A stretch of 64,000 bases of DNA from Asterionella formosa (taxonomy: Eukaryota), in NCBI GenBank assembly GCA_002256025.1, contig NKIB01012347.1:1-64000 (forward strand), given 5' to 3'. Of this stretch, positions 61,545-64,000 are shown piece after piece; positions within the stretch are counted from its first letter, which is position 1, and each line of letters begins with the position of its first letter. The notes below the pieces were generated by a model. It saw only the letters and a program-made list of their open reading frames with translations. It was not told where the DNA came from and ran no database searches. The position numbers were made by a program, and so were the translations under genes.

Positions 61545-62609
61545 GATCTTCATTGCGTTGTCGAACCTGCTAAAGAGTAACATGCTATTTTATAAACTTG
61601 CATACTGACAAATGATTTGAATGATGACCGAAGGTTTTAAGCTGTCACATGATTCAATGAGTTAGTTTGTGTGAACAGAATTGCAAGTAGCTATTTGATT
61701 AACTTGTAATGTTATATCAGGTGTTCAAAATAATGGAGATTGCAGCACTTGACTGTTGTGATGAACCTTTGCTCTGGAATGTTAGAAGATATCAAAACTC
61801 TTGCTGTAAAGCAATCTAGGGAGATATGAAGGAATAAACTTGTCAAACAGGGGTTGACAACACATAACATGCAAAGTAAAAGTAGACTACAAGAATCAAC
61901 AAGGCATGGAAAGATAAGAATGCCAATACTTATCTATATATTGGCATTGATGAATCTTTTCAACTTTTTTGTATCTGATGAACCCAAATTTCTGTATCTT
62001 GGATTGCATGTTCCTTTGTTCCTGAAAGGGTCAATGAGCATAATTTGTTCCAGCAGATCTTCCAGATTAAGCATAAAGGAACACTATTTGTATAAAAAAA
62101 GAAAGACATATCTCTAGAACACACTATTCTTATTGCATCAGAGCAAGTTTGGGCATTGAATCCATATTTTTATCGTGGGTAGTAATGCCTGCCATTATTC
62201 TGCACTCTATGTATACACTAGATGTAGCTATTTCTTCATGGTTATGACCTGATGGCTGATCTCAATCATGCTTAGCACAAATACTGGTACCGGTAGTTCC
62301 TTTTAGAAGTTGCAAAAAGCAAAACTGCAATGATGAATACGTAAATTCCATAATGTTGAGGTTCCCCTTGGTCATTGCTCGTTGCGATCAGCCATGGACG
62401 GCACAAGGATTGTGCTAATGGCTGGTGGTACCAGGTAGTTTCAATTCGCGCCTCATGTGCATTCGTTCCACACTTACTGTAGGTACATGCTGACACATTC
62501 CTTTTGTTTCTACTAACTCCTTACCGGTATATACAAAACAAATAATCAACCCAGTACCAGTATACCCGGTATATCTGATGCCATTGTGATGATGCTGGTC
62601 CAATGAAAC

Positions 62610-62706
62610 TCCGGCTACCTGGTACCAGGTACCAGGGGGTACCTGGTACCAGGTACCTGGACCTGGTACTTGGTACCAGTTACCAGGTACCAGGTACCGG
62701 TACCCA
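62610..62706. repeat. Dense array of palindromic GGTACC(A/T) 7-mers
   Basis: TACCTGGTACCAGGTACCAGGGGGTACCTGGTACCAGGTACCTGG...GGTACCAGGTACCGGTACC. Confidence 0.9.
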
Positions 62707-62980
62707 GCCATGTAACAACCATGATGGTCGTCGTCAGCCCGATATAGTAAGCAAGAGTCGACGAAGGAGCCGACAATTAAGAATCCAATTCTGCCCATAC
62801 GATAGTTCGATATGCATAATAAGAATAACGGCTTCAACAATTAGAATTGAAAGGTCAGCAAGTACATCCATTGTTCGAGTCACAGCATCGAAGTCCAAAG
62901 TGTGCTAGTGGAACAGATCACATGACTTGAACCGCAGTGATCGATCGGGCGAGACGAAGCAAACAAAGGGGAACATAGTC

Positions 62981-64000
62981 ATGTGGAGCAAGTCCAGTGA
63001 GGACGGCATGATAAACCAAGACGTAACTCATAGTTGTTCATCACAAGGTCTCGAATCAAATGTCGATCTTGATCGGGACGAACTAGAAAATGACACCCAA
63101 CTTCGTCACATCATCACGAGGAAGGACTTGAGTCGCACGACCCATGGCAGCGAGAGTAAATGGAGCAAAAACATGGTATCGCGGAGTTTTGGCATTGCTG
63201 AGCAGAAGCAATCCGACGAGGCCTTGCAAAGCAACACCAAGTCTCTTGCGCGCATGCTTTTGCTATTGCGAAACTACGAGTCGCGGTTTGGGATACCCGA
63301 TCGAGGCGGCCCAAAAGACCAACAATTGGTACTCAAGGCTATCAATAAAGAGTTGTACGCTGGAGGCACTCCTTTATGGGCACTTGCATCGGTCATGACT
63401 AAGGCCGCTGAGGGACTGACTGGAGAAGTAACCTTTAATTTCTGGCTGCTTCCACGCAAAACACTAATTTTCAACCCTTCCCTAGGGGGGACTGCTATGT
63501 ATTCGACGTCACGAGGATTTTGCTTGTACAAGATAGATAAGATGGAGCCCCTTGTGATTCGGTTAGCAAGCTTTGCTAGCAATACAAGTACGGTGACCAG
63601 TTTGCCCGCCCGTTTCCCTCATCCCGAGGAGTTTCGAAAGGCAGAATCAAGTGCCTCAGCAACTTTTGATAGTGCTCCCTTGTTGGAACGCGGAGATTTA
63701 GCGGGAGAGATATTGAATCTGGCATCAAAAGCAGAAGGGTTGTTCTCTTACATCACCGCACAAGCAAAGGCTGTCGCTGACGATCGTATACAGGTCCCTG
63801 CTGACCAATTTTGGAAGGTTGATGCTTCTACCCGTGAGATTTTTAGTAGATTGGCTACAATGGAGGCCATGACATCCATCGAAAAGGTCGATGCTGAAAC
63901 AAAAGTGACTTATCCAGAAGTTGCCAAACTTTTATTTCGGATGGCCAGTTCCTCAGGAGCATGTGCCGTTTGGTTCAATGGGTCATGGGTAGATGTACTC
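62981..64000 (+). CDS. Threonine/serine exporter (ThrE/DUF1212)-like membrane protein, partial (runs off the window)
   Basis: The frame is open from 62909 to the window end (absent from the ORF track because it has no stop). ELYAGGTPLWAL...AAEGL...LLPR...RGFCLYKIDKME and YP...FRMASSSGACAVWFNGSWVD resemble the ThrE N-terminus. Start uncertain. Confidence 0.7.
   Translation, partial: MWSKSSEDGMINQDVTHSCSSQGLESNVDLDRDELENDTQLRHIITRKDLSRTTHGSESKWSKNMVSRSFGIAEQKQSDEALQSNTKSLARMLLLLRNYESRFGIPDRGGPKDQQLVLKAINKELYAGGTPLWALASVMTKAAEGLTGEVTFNFWLLPRKTLIFNPSLGGTAMYSTSRGFCLYKIDKMEPLVIRLASFASNTSTVTSLPARFPHPEEFRKAESSASATFDSAPLLERGDLAGEILNLASKAEGLFSYITAQAKAVADDRIQVPADQFWKVDASTREIFSRLATMEAMTSIEKVDAETKVTYPEVAKLLFRMASSSGACAVWFNGSWVDVL

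Noticed and set aside
62415..62908. ORFs with repeated PGTWYQV/PGTRYQ peptides
   Set aside because: They are translation artefacts of the 7-mer palindromic array.

Overview
This is eukaryotic nuclear DNA, most likely from a diatom (inferred from 60-90 nt GT-AG introns, a diatom-type HSF, a GH161 phosphorylase and CoDi-like Copia elements). It holds 11 compact host genes: VASt protein, spliced GH161 beta-1,3-glucan phosphorylase, PUB protein, two uncharacterised membrane proteins, DUF4349, TMTC, HTATSF1/CUS2, HSF, a TPT-family transporter and a ThrE-like exporter that runs off the end. Decayed and nested mobile DNA lies between them: a DIRS/Ngaro-type retroelement, two Copia elements (one inserted in the last codons of a NAPRT pseudogene), a Crypton-like tyrosine recombinase element, a hAT relic, three short TIR elements and a 5.8-kb transposase-less element with ~600-bp TIRs. 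Other notable signals are a palindromic GGTACC/CCWGG motif concentrated upstream of host genes and a tRNA-Ala-like sequence with a truncated anticodon arm. All calls come from reading the sequence by eye; no searches were run.
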